A stretch of DNA of 64,000 nt, taken from assembly GCA_016871615.1 (NCBI GenBank), contig VHCX01000010.1, forward strand, positions 1,875 through 65,874. The letters are read 5' to 3'. The position numbers and the translations under genes are program-made. The notes below the pieces were generated by a model that ran no database searches, was not told the DNA's origin, and was given only the letters and a program-made list of their open reading frames with translations. The first letter of the stretch is position 1. Every line of letters begins with the position of its first letter. This document shows positions 9,413-19,437 of the stretch, one piece after another. Source of the DNA: Verrucomicrobiota bacterium (GTDB taxonomy: Bacteria; Verrucomicrobiota; Verrucomicrobiia; Limisphaerales; UBA9464).

Positions 9413-9919
9413 ATGAACGCCCACGAGATCACCGCCTTCGCCCTGACCCTGCTGGTCATGCTCATCGGGTTCGCGGGGGCGATCCTGCCGGGGTTGCCCG
9501 GGACGCCGCTGATCGCGGTGGCGGCCCTGGCCCACCGGGGCTTTCTGGGGGATCGTGGAGCCTCGCTCTGGGTGCTGGTCACCCTCGTGGTCATGGCGGC
9601 CATCTCGTCGGCCTTGGATTTCGCGGCGGCCACCTACGGGGCCAAGCGCCTCGGAGCCACCTGGCGCGGGATGGCGGGTGCCCTCGTGGGCGGCCTGTTG
9701 GGATTGTGGTGGCCGCCGATCGGCTGGATCGCAGGCCCGTTGCTCGGGGCCATCGCCGGGGAATGGCTTGGCGGACGCCCTTGGAACGAGGCGGGCAACG
9801 CCGGTCTCGGGGCCGCGCTGGGCCTGATGGCGGGCACCGCCGTGAAGGTGGCCGGCGCCGGGGCCATGATCTGCCTCTGGGTCGTCCACATCCTGTGGAA
9901 GTCCTTCAACGCGGCTTGA
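9413..9919 (+). CDS. DUF456-like small membrane protein
   Basis: Internal ATG at 9413 of ORF 9320..9919. MNAHEITAFALTLLVMLIGFAGAILPGLPGTPLI and four hydrophobic, glycine-rich segments match my recollection of DUF456. Confidence 0.6.
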   Translation: MNAHEITAFALTLLVMLIGFAGAILPGLPGTPLIAVAALAHRGFLGDRGASLWVLVTLVVMAAISSALDFAAATYGAKRLGATWRGMAGALVGGLLGLWWPPIGWIAGPLLGAIAGEWLGGRPWNEAGNAGLGAALGLMAGTAVKVAGAGAMICLWVVHILWKSFNAA

Positions 9920-12878
9920 ACATCGGGCTGTCCGGGCGGCCATCCGACTCGAGGTAGGCCAGCAGGTCGAGCACGTCCTCGCGGGACCACGCCGAGAGCA
10001 ACCCCTCGGGCATCGACGAGACCTTGGAGGCGGCCCGCGACCGGATCTGCCCGGGATCCACGGTGACCCTGCGGTCCGCGAGGGCGTCCACCAGGACGAC
10101 GATCGCCGTGGGCGACTCCTCCAGCACCCGCCCGGTGACCTCCTGCCCGTCCTTGAGGCCGAAGGTGGTCGCCTGGTATTGCTCCGAGACCACCGCGCTC
10201 GGATCGACGATGGAGCGCCACAGGTCGGCCCGCGAATAGCGCTTCGACACCCCGGTCAACTCCGGGCCGGCCACGCCGCCGGCCCCTTGGAACCGGTGGC
10301 AGGCCGCACATTGGGACACGTGATACACCTGCTCCCCACGGGCGAAATTGCGCCCGGACAGGGGGCTCCCCAGGACATCGGCGAGGTCGTCGAACTTCCA
10401 GGTCCGGTTGCCCGAAGGCCGCCGCGCCGGTGCCGGGGTCGCCGGCGGCGTCGAAGCGCCCACGGCCGGGGGCGTCCCGGCCTTGCCGTTGAGGACCTGG
10501 GAAACCATCGCCTTGTCGGAGTCCGGCACGGCCGCAACGGCCCGCTGGCCGATGCGCTGCACCAGGGGTTCAAATCCGGAGCCGGTATTGGGTTGCTGGT
10601 CCACGTCGAGAAACCATCGGGAATAGGACGCCGGCAGGAAACCCAGTCCCGAGGGCCTCTGGCGGAACCAGGTGAAGTAACGCCGGCGCAGTTCCGGGGT
10701 CCAACCCGCCGTCATGCCCTGCAGCACGACCGTGTAGTGCAACTGTTCCTGCCAGGTCTTCGAGGCATCCCTCAGGTCGAGGATCTTCGGCACGGCCCCG
10801 CCATCGCCGAGGGCGACGAGCAGTTGGGAAAGCTCGCGGTTGCGTTCCCAATCTGCGGCCGGGAACTGCCGGCCCAGCTTCTCGATGGCCATCGGACGGA
10901 TGGCCGTCGGGATGCCGTGCCGGGCAAACGCCACCTCGATGACACGCAGCTTGGTCAGGAACGCCCCGGCATCGAGGGAATCGAGCGGCCACCGGCCCAG
11001 CGCCTGGAGCAGGGCCACCTGCTGCTTGGCATCGCCACAGCGGGCCAGGGCCAGCAGGGCGGTGAGACCGATGCGGGGATCCTCCTCGGCCAGGGCCTTG
11101 TCGGCCCAGGCGGCCACAGGCTGGCTCTCCAGCGCGATCCGGGCGGCATGCCGGATCAGCGGGTCGGGAGAGCCCAGGCGGGACCAACCCGAGGCGATCC
11201 AGGCCGGATCCACCCGTCCATGGGCGGCCTCGAGACGGCGGCGCTCGGCACGGGCCTCGATGGCTTGGGGGGAGGAGGCCACGCCGGACGATGCCGGGGA
11301 GCCGCCGCCGACATGGGTCAACCGGTACAACCCGGACTGCGTGCCACGCCCTCCGGTGATGCAGTAGAGCGCCCCGTCCGGTCCGACCTCCAGATCGGTG
11401 AGGTTCATCGCCTGCCCCTTGAAGATCGTCTCCACCCGGCCGGTGTAACCGGCACCCCGCTCCTCTAGGTGCACGGCGATCAGGCGCCCGAAGACCCAGT
11501 CCAGGCCGAAGAGGGCCTTCTGGTACCGAAAGGAGAACGCCGTTCCGCTGCCGGCGCGCAACCCGGTCGGCGACCCGATGCCGACGTCCACGACCGGGGC
11601 AACCGAGTCGGCATAGTAGTCGGGCCATTTGCCGGAGCCTTCCCGGTATCCGTGGTCGGAGCCGCTGATGAGGTGCTGGATGCGCGAGGGTCGGTACCAG
11701 GGCGTGCCCCAGTCCCGCTCATGATCCGAGTCGAACCCGAAGAGTTCGCCGTCGCCATGGAAGGCGATGCCGTAGGCATTGCGCTGGCCGATCGCGAAGA
11801 GGCGGGCATCCCGGCCGTCCCGGTCGACGCTCAGCACGAACCCGCCCGGTGGCTTGCGCCCGGCGCCGAATCCGTTGACATCCTCCTGGCGGGGCATGGC
11901 GAGATCCTCGGCATAATGGGCGGCCGGCGAGTTCGTCGACAGGTCGGTCGGCACGTCGGTGAAGTTGCCGGCCACGGCGTAGATCCGGTCGTCCGGACCC
12001 TTGGCGAGGGCATGGGGACCGTGCTCTCCGGCACTACCCTTCCAACGGTGCAGCACCTCGGTGGATTCGTAGGTGCCGTCGCCATCGGCATCCCGGATCC
12101 GGTACAGGTGATACCCCTCGGGCCCGCGCCCGTTAAGGTAGAGGGACCCGAAGGCGTGGAGGATGCCCATGGCGCCCCCGACCTGCGTCTGCAGGCGCTC
12201 CATCTTCGCGATCCGGCCCTGGTCGAGGGTCAACCGGAGGAGGGGCTCCGACCCCTGCGGGCTGACGATCAGGCGTCCCTGGTCGTCCCGGGTCATCGAG
12301 ATCCAGGAACCCTCACCCGGCCGGGCGCTGTGGACCAGTTCCAGGCGGAATCCCTCCTGGACCTGGATGGCATCGACCGGGGTGGCCACCGGATCGAGCG
12401 CGACGGGGCCCCAGGGAGCCGTTCCCGCCGGGCCGAGCAATTGCACGCGGGTCCAGCCCGACACCCCATCCGGAGAGGTCTCCCAGGTGCCGTCGCTGGA
12501 CAGGTCCACCCGCGGCGCATCGCGCATCAGGAACTCGATCCGGGCGAGGATGCCGGCGCCGCCCGAGCGGTTGCTGGCGCGGATCTCGAGCACGTTCTCA
12601 CCCCGGACCACCGACCGAATCTTGAAGCGCGAGGGTTTCTGCGAGGAGCTGTTGGCACCCAACCGCTGGCGGTTGATGGACACCTCCGCCTCGTCGTCGG
12701 CCGCGATCACCACCTCGCCACCCATGGCGCCCGGGGGCACGGTGAAGGTACGCCGGAAGAAGCGGGTCTCGTTCTCAGCGCCGGCCGGCCCCCAGATCCA
12801 CTGCGGCACCGATTGGGCCCGTAGTCCACCAACCCCAAGGACGACCGAGATGACCAAGGCAAGGAACCGAAGGCTCAT
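9906..12878 (-). CDS. Secreted membrane-bound-dehydrogenase-domain / HEAT-like / PVC-type CxxCH heme-binding protein (c-type cytochrome)
   Basis: ORF 9906..13043. The likely start is the internal ATG at 12878 (MSLRFLALVISVVLGVGGLRAQS signal peptide). Heme site CAACH, followed by a C-terminal segment similar to that of gene 1..4644. N-terminal lectin-like and propeller-like regions (DADGDG). Confidence 0.8.
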   Translation of the reverse strand: MSLRFLALVISVVLGVGGLRAQSVPQWIWGPAGAENETRFFRRTFTVPPGAMGGEVVIAADDEAEVSINRQRLGANSSSQKPSRFKIRSVVRGENVLEIRASNRSGGAGILARIEFLMRDAPRVDLSSDGTWETSPDGVSGWTRVQLLGPAGTAPWGPVALDPVATPVDAIQVQEGFRLELVHSARPGEGSWISMTRDDQGRLIVSPQGSEPLLRLTLDQGRIAKMERLQTQVGGAMGILHAFGSLYLNGRGPEGYHLYRIRDADGDGTYESTEVLHRWKGSAGEHGPHALAKGPDDRIYAVAGNFTDVPTDLSTNSPAAHYAEDLAMPRQEDVNGFGAGRKPPGGFVLSVDRDGRDARLFAIGQRNAYGIAFHGDGELFGFDSDHERDWGTPWYRPSRIQHLISGSDHGYREGSGKWPDYYADSVAPVVDVGIGSPTGLRAGSGTAFSFRYQKALFGLDWVFGRLIAVHLEERGAGYTGRVETIFKGQAMNLTDLEVGPDGALYCITGGRGTQSGLYRLTHVGGGSPASSGVASSPQAIEARAERRRLEAAHGRVDPAWIASGWSRLGSPDPLIRHAARIALESQPVAAWADKALAEEDPRIGLTALLALARCGDAKQQVALLQALGRWPLDSLDAGAFLTKLRVIEVAFARHGIPTAIRPMAIEKLGRQFPAADWERNRELSQLLVALGDGGAVPKILDLRDASKTWQEQLHYTVVLQGMTAGWTPELRRRYFTWFRQRPSGLGFLPASYSRWFLDVDQQPNTGSGFEPLVQRIGQRAVAAVPDSDKAMVSQVLNGKAGTPPAVGASTPPATPAPARRPSGNRTWKFDDLADVLGSPLSGRNFARGEQVYHVSQCAACHRFQGAGGVAGPELTGVSKRYSRADLWRSIVDPSAVVSEQYQATTFGLKDGQEVTGRVLEESPTAIVVLVDALADRRVTVDPGQIRSRAASKVSSMPEGLLSAWSREDVLDLLAYLESDGRPDSPMFKPR

Positions 12879-13165
12879 GCCGGAAATAGAACCCGTTCGC
12901 ACCGCACAACGAAAGCCCGGAAACGACCCCGGTGCGACCGCCAACGGGTCACCCCACCCGACGGACCCAGGCCCGGGCGCCTCCCGGGGGGGGGCCGCGA
13001 AGGCCCCGAAAAAACCTCTGGCAGGCCGCCGTGCCGATGTCATGCTCGACTCGTTGGTTCTCCAGAGGACCCTTCAACCGCCGCAACGACGTGAGGGGGG
13101 CCCTCGTTCCGGGATGCCCAAAAGGCCGACCGGTAGAGGAGGATTAGTTTGGTTGTTTGGGTTAG

Positions 13166-13193
13166 GCGGGCGCCGCAAGGCGCCCGCTTTTTT
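13166..13193 (+). terminator. Strong intrinsic terminator with no annotated upstream gene
   Basis: GCGGGCGCC (13166-13174), loop GCAA, GGCGCCCGC (13179-13187), then T6 (13188-13193). The nearest plus-strand CDS starts downstream (pgpA, 13292). The flanking upstream gene is on the opposite strand and diverges. Confidence 0.7.
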
Positions 13194-13291
13194 CCCGCCC
13201 AAATGCGGCCGATGGAGATGCCCCGGCCCGAGGAAATGCCCCGCTTTGACCGCGACAGGCCGGGGTCCAGGCGCCTAGGCTCCCATCCACG

Positions 13292-13798
13292 ATGCGACCT
13301 TCCGACCGGGGCACGCTGTGGCTGGCCGAGGGCTTCGGATCGGGCCGCCTGCGACCCGGTCCGGGAACCTGGGGCAGCCTCGTGGGCTGTTTCTGGGCCT
13401 ATGGTCTGCTGAAGCTGCCTCCGGGCGTGGCCGCCGCCGCCGCCGTGGGGGCGATCCTCGGGGCCGTGCCGGTCTGCACCCGGGCCGAATCCCTGCTCGG
13501 GCGGCCCGATCCCGGGTCGGTGGTCCTCGACGAGATCGTGGCGCTGCCGCTGACGCTGCTGCCGCTCCAGGCGGGAGTGCTGCTGGGATGGATTGCTCCA
13601 CGGGATCTCACCATCGCCGCCGCGGCCCCGTGGTGGGTGGCGGCCTTCCTCGTCTTCCGGGGGCTCGACATCGCCAAACCCTGGCCGATCGGCCCGCTCC
13701 AACACCTTCCCCGAGGATGGGGCATCGTGCTGGATGACGTTGCCGCTGGACTGATCGGCGGCATCCTCCTGCTCGTTGCCGCCCTGCTGCTGCGCTGA
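13292..13798 (+). CDS. pgpA: Phosphatidylglycerophosphatase A
   Basis: 168 aa. Motifs [29 protein letters not shown] and GWGIVLDD are all characteristic of PgpA. Confidence 0.9.
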   Translation: MRPSDRGTLWLAEGFGSGRLRPGPGTWGSLVGCFWAYGLLKLPPGVAAAAAVGAILGAVPVCTRAESLLGRPDPGSVVLDEIVALPLTLLPLQAGVLLGWIAPRDLTIAAAAPWWVAAFLVFRGLDIAKPWPIGPLQHLPRGWGIVLDDVAAGLIGGILLLVAALLLR

Positions 13799-13824
13799 AC
13801 CCCGCCTCCCAGACCCGACCGACC

Positions 13825-15258
13825 ATGCCCTCCCCGACCGCGTTCCGGTTCCCGAAACCCGCCACCGTGAAGACGGCCGAGGCGCTGCGCCAACGGTTCG
13901 CCGAATCGGGTCATCCGTTGCCCGTCGATGACCTGCCGCAGCCCAACGTGCTGGCCAGTCCCATCCCGGCGGGTCCGGGCCTCCCGAAGCCCATCGGCAA
14001 CCGGTGGGCCATCCTGCCGATGGAGGGCTGGGACGGCACCGGTGACGGTCGCCCCACCGACCTCGTCCGCCGGCGCTGGCAACGCTTCGGGCAGAGCGGG
14101 GCCAAGCTCATCTGGGGCGGCGAGGCCGTCGCGGTGCGACCGGATGGACGGGCCAACCCGCATCAACTCGTGCTCTCCGAGGCCAACCTGCCCGAGATCG
14201 AGTCGCTGCGCACCGGGTTGGCGGCCTCCCACCGGGAGCGGCACGGGACCGACCGGGACCTGCTCGTCGGCCTCCAGCTCACCCACTCCGGCCGCTTCGC
14301 CCGGCCCAACGACAAGACCCGGCTGGAGCCGCGAATCGCCTACCGCCATCCGCTGCTCGACGCCCGTTTCGGCATCACCGACGACCGCGCGATGCTGACC
14401 GATTCCGAGGTGGACGACCTCATCGCCGACATGGTCGCCGCGGCCGTGCGGGCCCGGCGGGCGGGCTTCGACTTCGTGGACCTCAAGCACTGCCACGGCT
14501 ACCTGGGCCACGAGTTCCTCTCCGCCGTCACCCGGCCCGGCCGCTACGGGGGCTCCTTCGCGAACCGGACCCGGTTCCTCACCCACCTGGTGGCCGGCAT
14601 CCGGCGCGATGCCCCAGGCTTGGCCATCGGGGTCCGACTGAGCCTCTTCGACAGCCTCCCCTACCAGAAGGGCCCCGACGGCACGGGAGTCCCGATGACG
14701 TGGTCCGGGCGCTACGTGCACGCCTTTGGCGCGAACCCGGAAAACCCGCTCGAGGCCGATCTGGGCGAACCCTTCGCCTTCCTGCAGTTGCTGGAGGACC
14801 TGGGCATCCGCCTGGTCTGCCTCACGGCGGCCAGCCCCTACTACAACCCGCACCTCCAGCGTCCAGCCATGACGCCACCGAGCGACGGCTACCTGCCGCC
14901 CGAGGATCCGCTGGTCGGCGTGGCCCGCCAAATCGAGGCGGTCGCGCAGGCCAAGGCGAGATTCCCGAACCTCATCATGGTGGGGTCGGCCTACACCTAC
15001 CTGCAGGAGTGGCTGCCGCACGTCGCCTCGGCCCAGGTGGCTGCCGGCCGCGTGGATTCGGTGGGCTTGGGGCGGATGGTTTTGAGCTACCCGGACCTGC
15101 CCGCCGACGTGCTCGCCGGACGCCCCCTGCAACGCCGCCAGGTCTGCCGCACCTTCAGCGAATGCACCACCGGTCCGCGCAACGGCCTGGTGAGCGGGTG
15201 CTTTCCGCTCGACGACTTCTACAAGAACCACCTGGATGCGGCGCGCCTGAAGGCCTGA
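13825..15258 (+). CDS. NADH:flavin oxidoreductase, Old Yellow Enzyme family
   Basis: 477 aa. [27 protein letters not shown] and [12 protein letters not shown] are typical OYE/2,4-dienoyl-CoA-reductase-like TIM-barrel motifs. Confidence 0.85.
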   Translation: MPSPTAFRFPKPATVKTAEALRQRFAESGHPLPVDDLPQPNVLASPIPAGPGLPKPIGNRWAILPMEGWDGTGDGRPTDLVRRRWQRFGQSGAKLIWGGEAVAVRPDGRANPHQLVLSEANLPEIESLRTGLAASHRERHGTDRDLLVGLQLTHSGRFARPNDKTRLEPRIAYRHPLLDARFGITDDRAMLTDSEVDDLIADMVAAAVRARRAGFDFVDLKHCHGYLGHEFLSAVTRPGRYGGSFANRTRFLTHLVAGIRRDAPGLAIGVRLSLFDSLPYQKGPDGTGVPMTWSGRYVHAFGANPENPLEADLGEPFAFLQLLEDLGIRLVCLTAASPYYNPHLQRPAMTPPSDGYLPPEDPLVGVARQIEAVAQAKARFPNLIMVGSAYTYLQEWLPHVASAQVAAGRVDSVGLGRMVLSYPDLPADVLAGRPLQRRQVCRTFSECTTGPRNGLVSGCFPLDDFYKNHLDAARLKA

Positions 15259-15444
15259 AGCCCCATCCGCACCGGTTGGCTCGCGTCGGAGAATTGCCCC
15301 ACTGGGTCGCCATGGCCCGATCGCGGGTGGAAGCCCTGGAAGCCCCGGCGGCCTGACCCTCCCGCCCCTGCCCTCGCAGCGGATGCGAATCCGGTGGCAA
15401 ATCCGCTGTCCTAAGCGGGCGCACCCGGGTACGACCTCCAGATC

Positions 15445-16401
15445 ATGCGCTGGATCCCCTCCCTCACCGCGATGCTCGGGTTGGCCTGCGGTCTGATCGG
15501 CAGCCACACCTCGGCCCGGGCCGAGACCCCGCTGGCCGTCCGGCTCGGGTACCCGGCCGACACCAGGCTCCTCATCGTCAACGGCGACGACTGCGGCATG
15601 TGCCATACGGCCAACCTCGCCACCATCGAGTGCCGCGAGAAGGGCCTGATGACCAGCGCGACCCTGATGGTCCCCTGCCCTTGGTTCCCCGAGATGGTGG
15701 ACTACGCCCGGAAGCACCCCGAGAAGGACTTCGGCCTGCACCTGACCCAGACCTCGGAATGGCGGTTCTACCGCTGGGGCCCGGTGGCCTCCCGGTCCGA
15801 GGTCCCGGGCCTGATCGACCCCGACGGATACCTCTGGCAGGCCGTGCAGCAAGTCGATGCCAAAGGGACTCCGCAGGAGGCCTACCTCGAGTCGCGCGCC
15901 CAGATCCGCACGGCCCTCGCCGCCGGCGTCGATGTCACCCACCTCGACTCCCACATGGGCACGCTCCAGCTCAACGCCGCCTACGTGGAGCAATACCTCA
16001 AGCTGGCGGTGGAGTTCGACCTGCCGGTCCGCATGGCCTCCCAGGCCACGCTGGAGAAGATGGGCGGACCCGGCCAACGGGCCGCCTTCGCCGCCCAGGG
16101 CATCGTGTTCCCCGACGACTTCGTCTACGAGGACCTGAAGGACGAGCCCAAGGACGTGAAAGGCTTCTGGATGCGGAAGCTGGCCAGCCTCAAGCCGGGC
16201 GTCACCGAGCTTTACATCCATGCCGGCATGGCCACCGACGAGTTGAAGGCCGTCACCGGCAGCTGGAAGACCCGCACCGAGGAATTCGAGGCCTTCACCC
16301 GCGACGCCGACCTCAAGGCCCTGGTGGAACGCGAGAAGATCGTCCGCATCGGCTGGCGGCCGCTGCGCGAGCTCCAACGCCGCGAGGGCAAGGGCCGCTG
16401 A
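15445..16401 (+). CDS. ChbG/HpnK (YdjC) family polysaccharide deacetylase, secreted
   Basis: 318 aa. Signal peptide, NGDDCGM...N near the N-terminus, and THLDSH motif. Confidence 0.8.
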   Translation: MRWIPSLTAMLGLACGLIGSHTSARAETPLAVRLGYPADTRLLIVNGDDCGMCHTANLATIECREKGLMTSATLMVPCPWFPEMVDYARKHPEKDFGLHLTQTSEWRFYRWGPVASRSEVPGLIDPDGYLWQAVQQVDAKGTPQEAYLESRAQIRTALAAGVDVTHLDSHMGTLQLNAAYVEQYLKLAVEFDLPVRMASQATLEKMGGPGQRAAFAAQGIVFPDDFVYEDLKDEPKDVKGFWMRKLASLKPGVTELYIHAGMATDELKAVTGSWKTRTEEFEAFTRDADLKALVEREKIVRIGWRPLRELQRREGKGR

Positions 16402-16439
16402 GCGCGGACTCCACGATCGTCGCCCGGAGCCTCCTCCCG

Positions 16440-18416
16440 ATGCCGGAACCCCAGCGCAAACCCGGTTACAATGCGGCCCTCGATGGCCTGCGGGGCATCG
16501 CCATCCTGGGGGTCTGGCTCTTCCACCTCCACCCGCCGCTGCTGCCTGGCGGATTCCTCGGGGTCGACGCCTTCTTCGTGCTGTCGGGGTTTCTCATCCA
16601 TGGCCTCGTCACGGCCGACCTCGAGTCCGGCCGATTCTCCTTCCGGGAGTTCTACCTGCGCCGGGTGCTTCGGCTGCTGCCCAACGCCGCGCTGACGCTC
16701 TTCGCCACGTTGGTGCTTTGGAACCTGTGCCTGCCCCCCAATTCCGCCATCCAACCGGGGCTGCACGGGCTCTTCACGCTGGCCAACTTGTCCAATGTCT
16801 TCGTCTGGCGACACCTGGGCAGCTACTGGGGCGATGCCGCCGAAAGCGCGCCGCTGACGCATTTCTGGAGCCTGGGCATCGAGGAGCAGTTCTACCTGTT
16901 CTTTCCGGCCTGGGTCTTCGTGCTGCACCGGCGCCGCTGGCTCAACCTGGGCACCCTGGCCGTGCCCGCGATCCTCAGCCTCGCCCTCTGGATCCATGGC
17001 TCGCGACACCACCCTTCGGGAACCTTCTACCTGCTCCCCACCCGGGCCTGGGAACTCCTGCTCGGAGCGGTGGCGGCCCAGTGGTTTCGGTCGTCGGCCC
17101 GAGCCCGGAACCTCCCGCCAGCCGTCGGGTGGGTCGGCCTGGCGATGCTGCTGGGCAGCCTGGTGGTGGTGCCGCATGCCGATTCGTCGCTGGGGGCCGT
17201 AGCCCTGATCCCGACGGTCGGTGCCGCCGGGGTGTTGGCGAGCCTCCGCGATCCGGCCCACCTCCTGACCCGGGCGCTGTCGTGGCCCGCCCTGGTCGGA
17301 CTGGGGCTGAGGTCCTATTCGCTCTACCTCTGGCACTGGCCCCTGATCGTGCTGGGCCGACTCCTGGCCAACGACCACGACTGGCCCGAGACGGCCGGTG
17401 CCGCGGCCGGCGGCGTGCTGAGCCTGTGCGCGGCCTGGGTGGCTTACCGACGGGTGGAAACCCCCTTCCGCGACGCGCGCTGGCCTCGTCCCCGGCGATT
17501 GGCCTGGCTCGCCACCGGGCTGGCCCTCACCGCGGCCCTGTGCGGGCTGTCCTGGCGTCGTCAGGCTCCGGTGGATCCGCTGGGACGATTCGATGCCATG
17601 ACCTTCTCGGGTCGCCTCTACGATGGCTCGAGTCCCCAGGATCCACGCTGGAGCGAAGCGCCCCGCTACTGGGGTTGCCGCATTCCCGTTCCGCCGGCCG
17701 ACCAGCCGCCGGAGCCGTGGCGCACCGGCGGGATCCGCCCCTCGGGCCAGACGGCGACGCCCCGCGTGGTGGTCATGGGCAGTTCCCACGCCCTGATGTA
17801 CTCGAAGCTCATCGACGACCTGTGCCGCGAACGCCGCCTCCCGGTCTCGTTCCTCGGCGCGGGCAATGGCATCCCGGCGTTGTTCCTCAACACGGGCAGC
17901 GCGCTCTTCCCGAATCGACAGGACGGCGCGGCGTTCGACGAGGCCCGGCGGCGTTGGTTGCGCGAGTGGCGGCCGGAGACGCTCTTCGTGGTCGACCGCT
18001 GGGACGCCTGGGCCGACAAGGACCTGGAACGGGATCTCGCGACCTTCCTCGAGGAGGTCTCCCCCTGGGTGGGTCGGGTGGTCCTGGTGACGCAGGTTCC
18101 CGTGCTGCGCATCGGCGAGAAGGAGAACCTCCGCGCCGGGGTGCACTGGCGACGCGGGGGGGCTGAGGAACTGCCGCGCATTTCGGCCGACGCGCGGGAA
18201 CCGTACCGACGGCAGAGCGAGCGGATCCTGCAACGGATGGCGGAGCGGTTCCCGAAGGTCCGAATCGTGGACAGCGCCTCCCGGTTCCGGCGGGACGACG
18301 GATCGGTGCGCTATGCCGAGGGCCGCCGGTTCTTCTACACCGACGACGACCACCTCAACGACACCGGCGCAGCGGAGGTCGCCGACCTCTTCCGCAGCCA
18401 CCTGCCGGGCCGTTGA
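16440..18416 (+). CDS. Acyltransferase family 3 (OafA/YrhL-like) membrane protein with C-terminal SGNH-like domain
   Basis: Internal ATG at 16440 of ORF 15600..18416. LDGLRGIAILGVWLFH, FFVLSGFLI, HFWSLGIEEQFY, SLYLWHWP, and multiple TM segments. The soluble C-terminal half ends with DDDHLNDTG. Confidence 0.85.
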   Translation: MPEPQRKPGYNAALDGLRGIAILGVWLFHLHPPLLPGGFLGVDAFFVLSGFLIHGLVTADLESGRFSFREFYLRRVLRLLPNAALTLFATLVLWNLCLPPNSAIQPGLHGLFTLANLSNVFVWRHLGSYWGDAAESAPLTHFWSLGIEEQFYLFFPAWVFVLHRRRWLNLGTLAVPAILSLALWIHGSRHHPSGTFYLLPTRAWELLLGAVAAQWFRSSARARNLPPAVGWVGLAMLLGSLVVVPHADSSLGAVALIPTVGAAGVLASLRDPAHLLTRALSWPALVGLGLRSYSLYLWHWPLIVLGRLLANDHDWPETAGAAAGGVLSLCAAWVAYRRVETPFRDARWPRPRRLAWLATGLALTAALCGLSWRRQAPVDPLGRFDAMTFSGRLYDGSSPQDPRWSEAPRYWGCRIPVPPADQPPEPWRTGGIRPSGQTATPRVVVMGSSHALMYSKLIDDLCRERRLPVSFLGAGNGIPALFLNTGSALFPNRQDGAAFDEARRRWLREWRPETLFVVDRWDAWADKDLERDLATFLEEVSPWVGRVVLVTQVPVLRIGEKENLRAGVHWRRGGAEELPRISADAREPYRRQSERILQRMAERFPKVRIVDSASRFRRDDGSVRYAEGRRFFYTDDDHLNDTGAAEVADLFRSHLPGR

Positions 18417-18426
18417 TCGTGCGGGG

Positions 18427-19437
18427 TCACACCCGTGAGCCCGGCCCGGTCAGCAGGGTCAGGGACCGGCGAGCCACCTCGAAGCGCACCGGACTGGTCC
18501 CCAGGAGCTCGCCATCGAAGGCCAGGGGTTGCTCCGGATCGGCCGACACCTCCAGCCACCGGCCCCGGAAGAAGCGCACCTTCCGGTGACGGACATGGGT
18601 GCCGCGCAGGAGGCGCACGAACTGCAGGGCCAACTCCAGGCGGCCCACCGCCTCGATGAGAGTCAACTCCATCAGGCCGTCGGTCATTGAGGCCCCGGGG
18701 CCGATGCGCATGAGTCCGCCGCCGGCGAAGGGCGCATTGCCGGCCAGGGCCACCACGGCGTGGGGCAGCACCTCCTGGCCCTCCTCTGATCGAACCCTCA
18801 ACACCGGAGGCCGGAACGAGAACAGCGCCCGGAAGAACCCCGCCGAGTAGCACCAGCGGGGACCGAACCAGCGGACGGTGGCCGGCGTGGTCCGCCTCAG
18901 GAGTTCGCCCACGAATCCCACCCCACCGAAGAGGATCGCGTGGCGGACCATTTCCAGCGATTCCCCGCCGGGGCCCGTTCCATCGGCCCCCTCTCTGCGG
19001 AGCCAACTCACACGGATCGTGTCGAGGGTCACGGGCCGGGGCTCGAGGATGGCCCGGAGAGCCGCCTCATCGTCGGGCAGGCCGGCTCCGGACACGCCGA
19101 CCAATTGGGCGATGTCGTTGCCGCGGCCGAAAGGGGCCACCGCCAGCGCCACGCGAGAGCCTCCGGCGATGAGCCCACTGGCCACCTCATGCACCGTGCC
19201 ATCCCCGCCGGCGGCGATCACGCAGTCGAATCCGGCCGATGCGACGACTTCCCTCCGGGCCAACTCCACCGCGTGGCCGGGTCGCTCGGTGACCCGCACC
19301 TCGCAACGCACCCCGCCTTGGGCCAACCGGTCCAGGAAACGCTCCAACCGCAACGCCTGCTCCCGGGAGGAGCCCGAGGCCGGGTTCCGGATCAGCAAGG
19401 CGGTTCGAGGCGAGGCACTCATGACCAGCCCCCGCAT
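18427..19437 (-). CDS. Diacylglycerol kinase family lipid kinase (YegS/BmrU-like)
   Basis: Lies within ORF 18427..20637. ATG at 19437 overlaps the trmB stop by 1 nt (an alternative ATG is at 19422). Motifs ALLIRNPASG and AAGGDGTVHEV. Confidence 0.8.
   Translation of the reverse strand: MRGLVMSASPRTALLIRNPASGSSREQALRLERFLDRLAQGGVRCEVRVTERPGHAVELARREVVASAGFDCVIAAGGDGTVHEVASGLIAGGSRVALAVAPFGRGNDIAQLVGVSGAGLPDDEAALRAILEPRPVTLDTIRVSWLRREGADGTGPGGESLEMVRHAILFGGVGFVGELLRRTTPATVRWFGPRWCYSAGFFRALFSFRPPVLRVRSEEGQEVLPHAVVALAGNAPFAGGGLMRIGPGASMTDGLMELTLIEAVGRLELALQFVRLLRGTHVRHRKVRFFRGRWLEVSADPEQPLAFDGELLGTSPVRFEVARRSLTLLTGPGSRV

Noticed and set aside
12879-13165. Identification of the orphan-terminator transcript, or the 8590-9290 island, as RNase P RNA, tmRNA, SRP RNA or 6S RNA
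   Set aside because: I could not find the conserved cores: GAGGAAAGUCCGG for RNase P, a tRNA-like GGUUCGAAUCC...CCA end or an Ala-rich tag ORF for tmRNA, or GGAAGCAGCC for SRP. A covariance-model scan is needed before any such call.
13399-16377. 992-aa minus-strand ORF
   Set aside because: It is an antisense shadow of pgpA, the OYE reductase and the ChbG-like deacetylase, all of which have clear family motifs on the plus strand.
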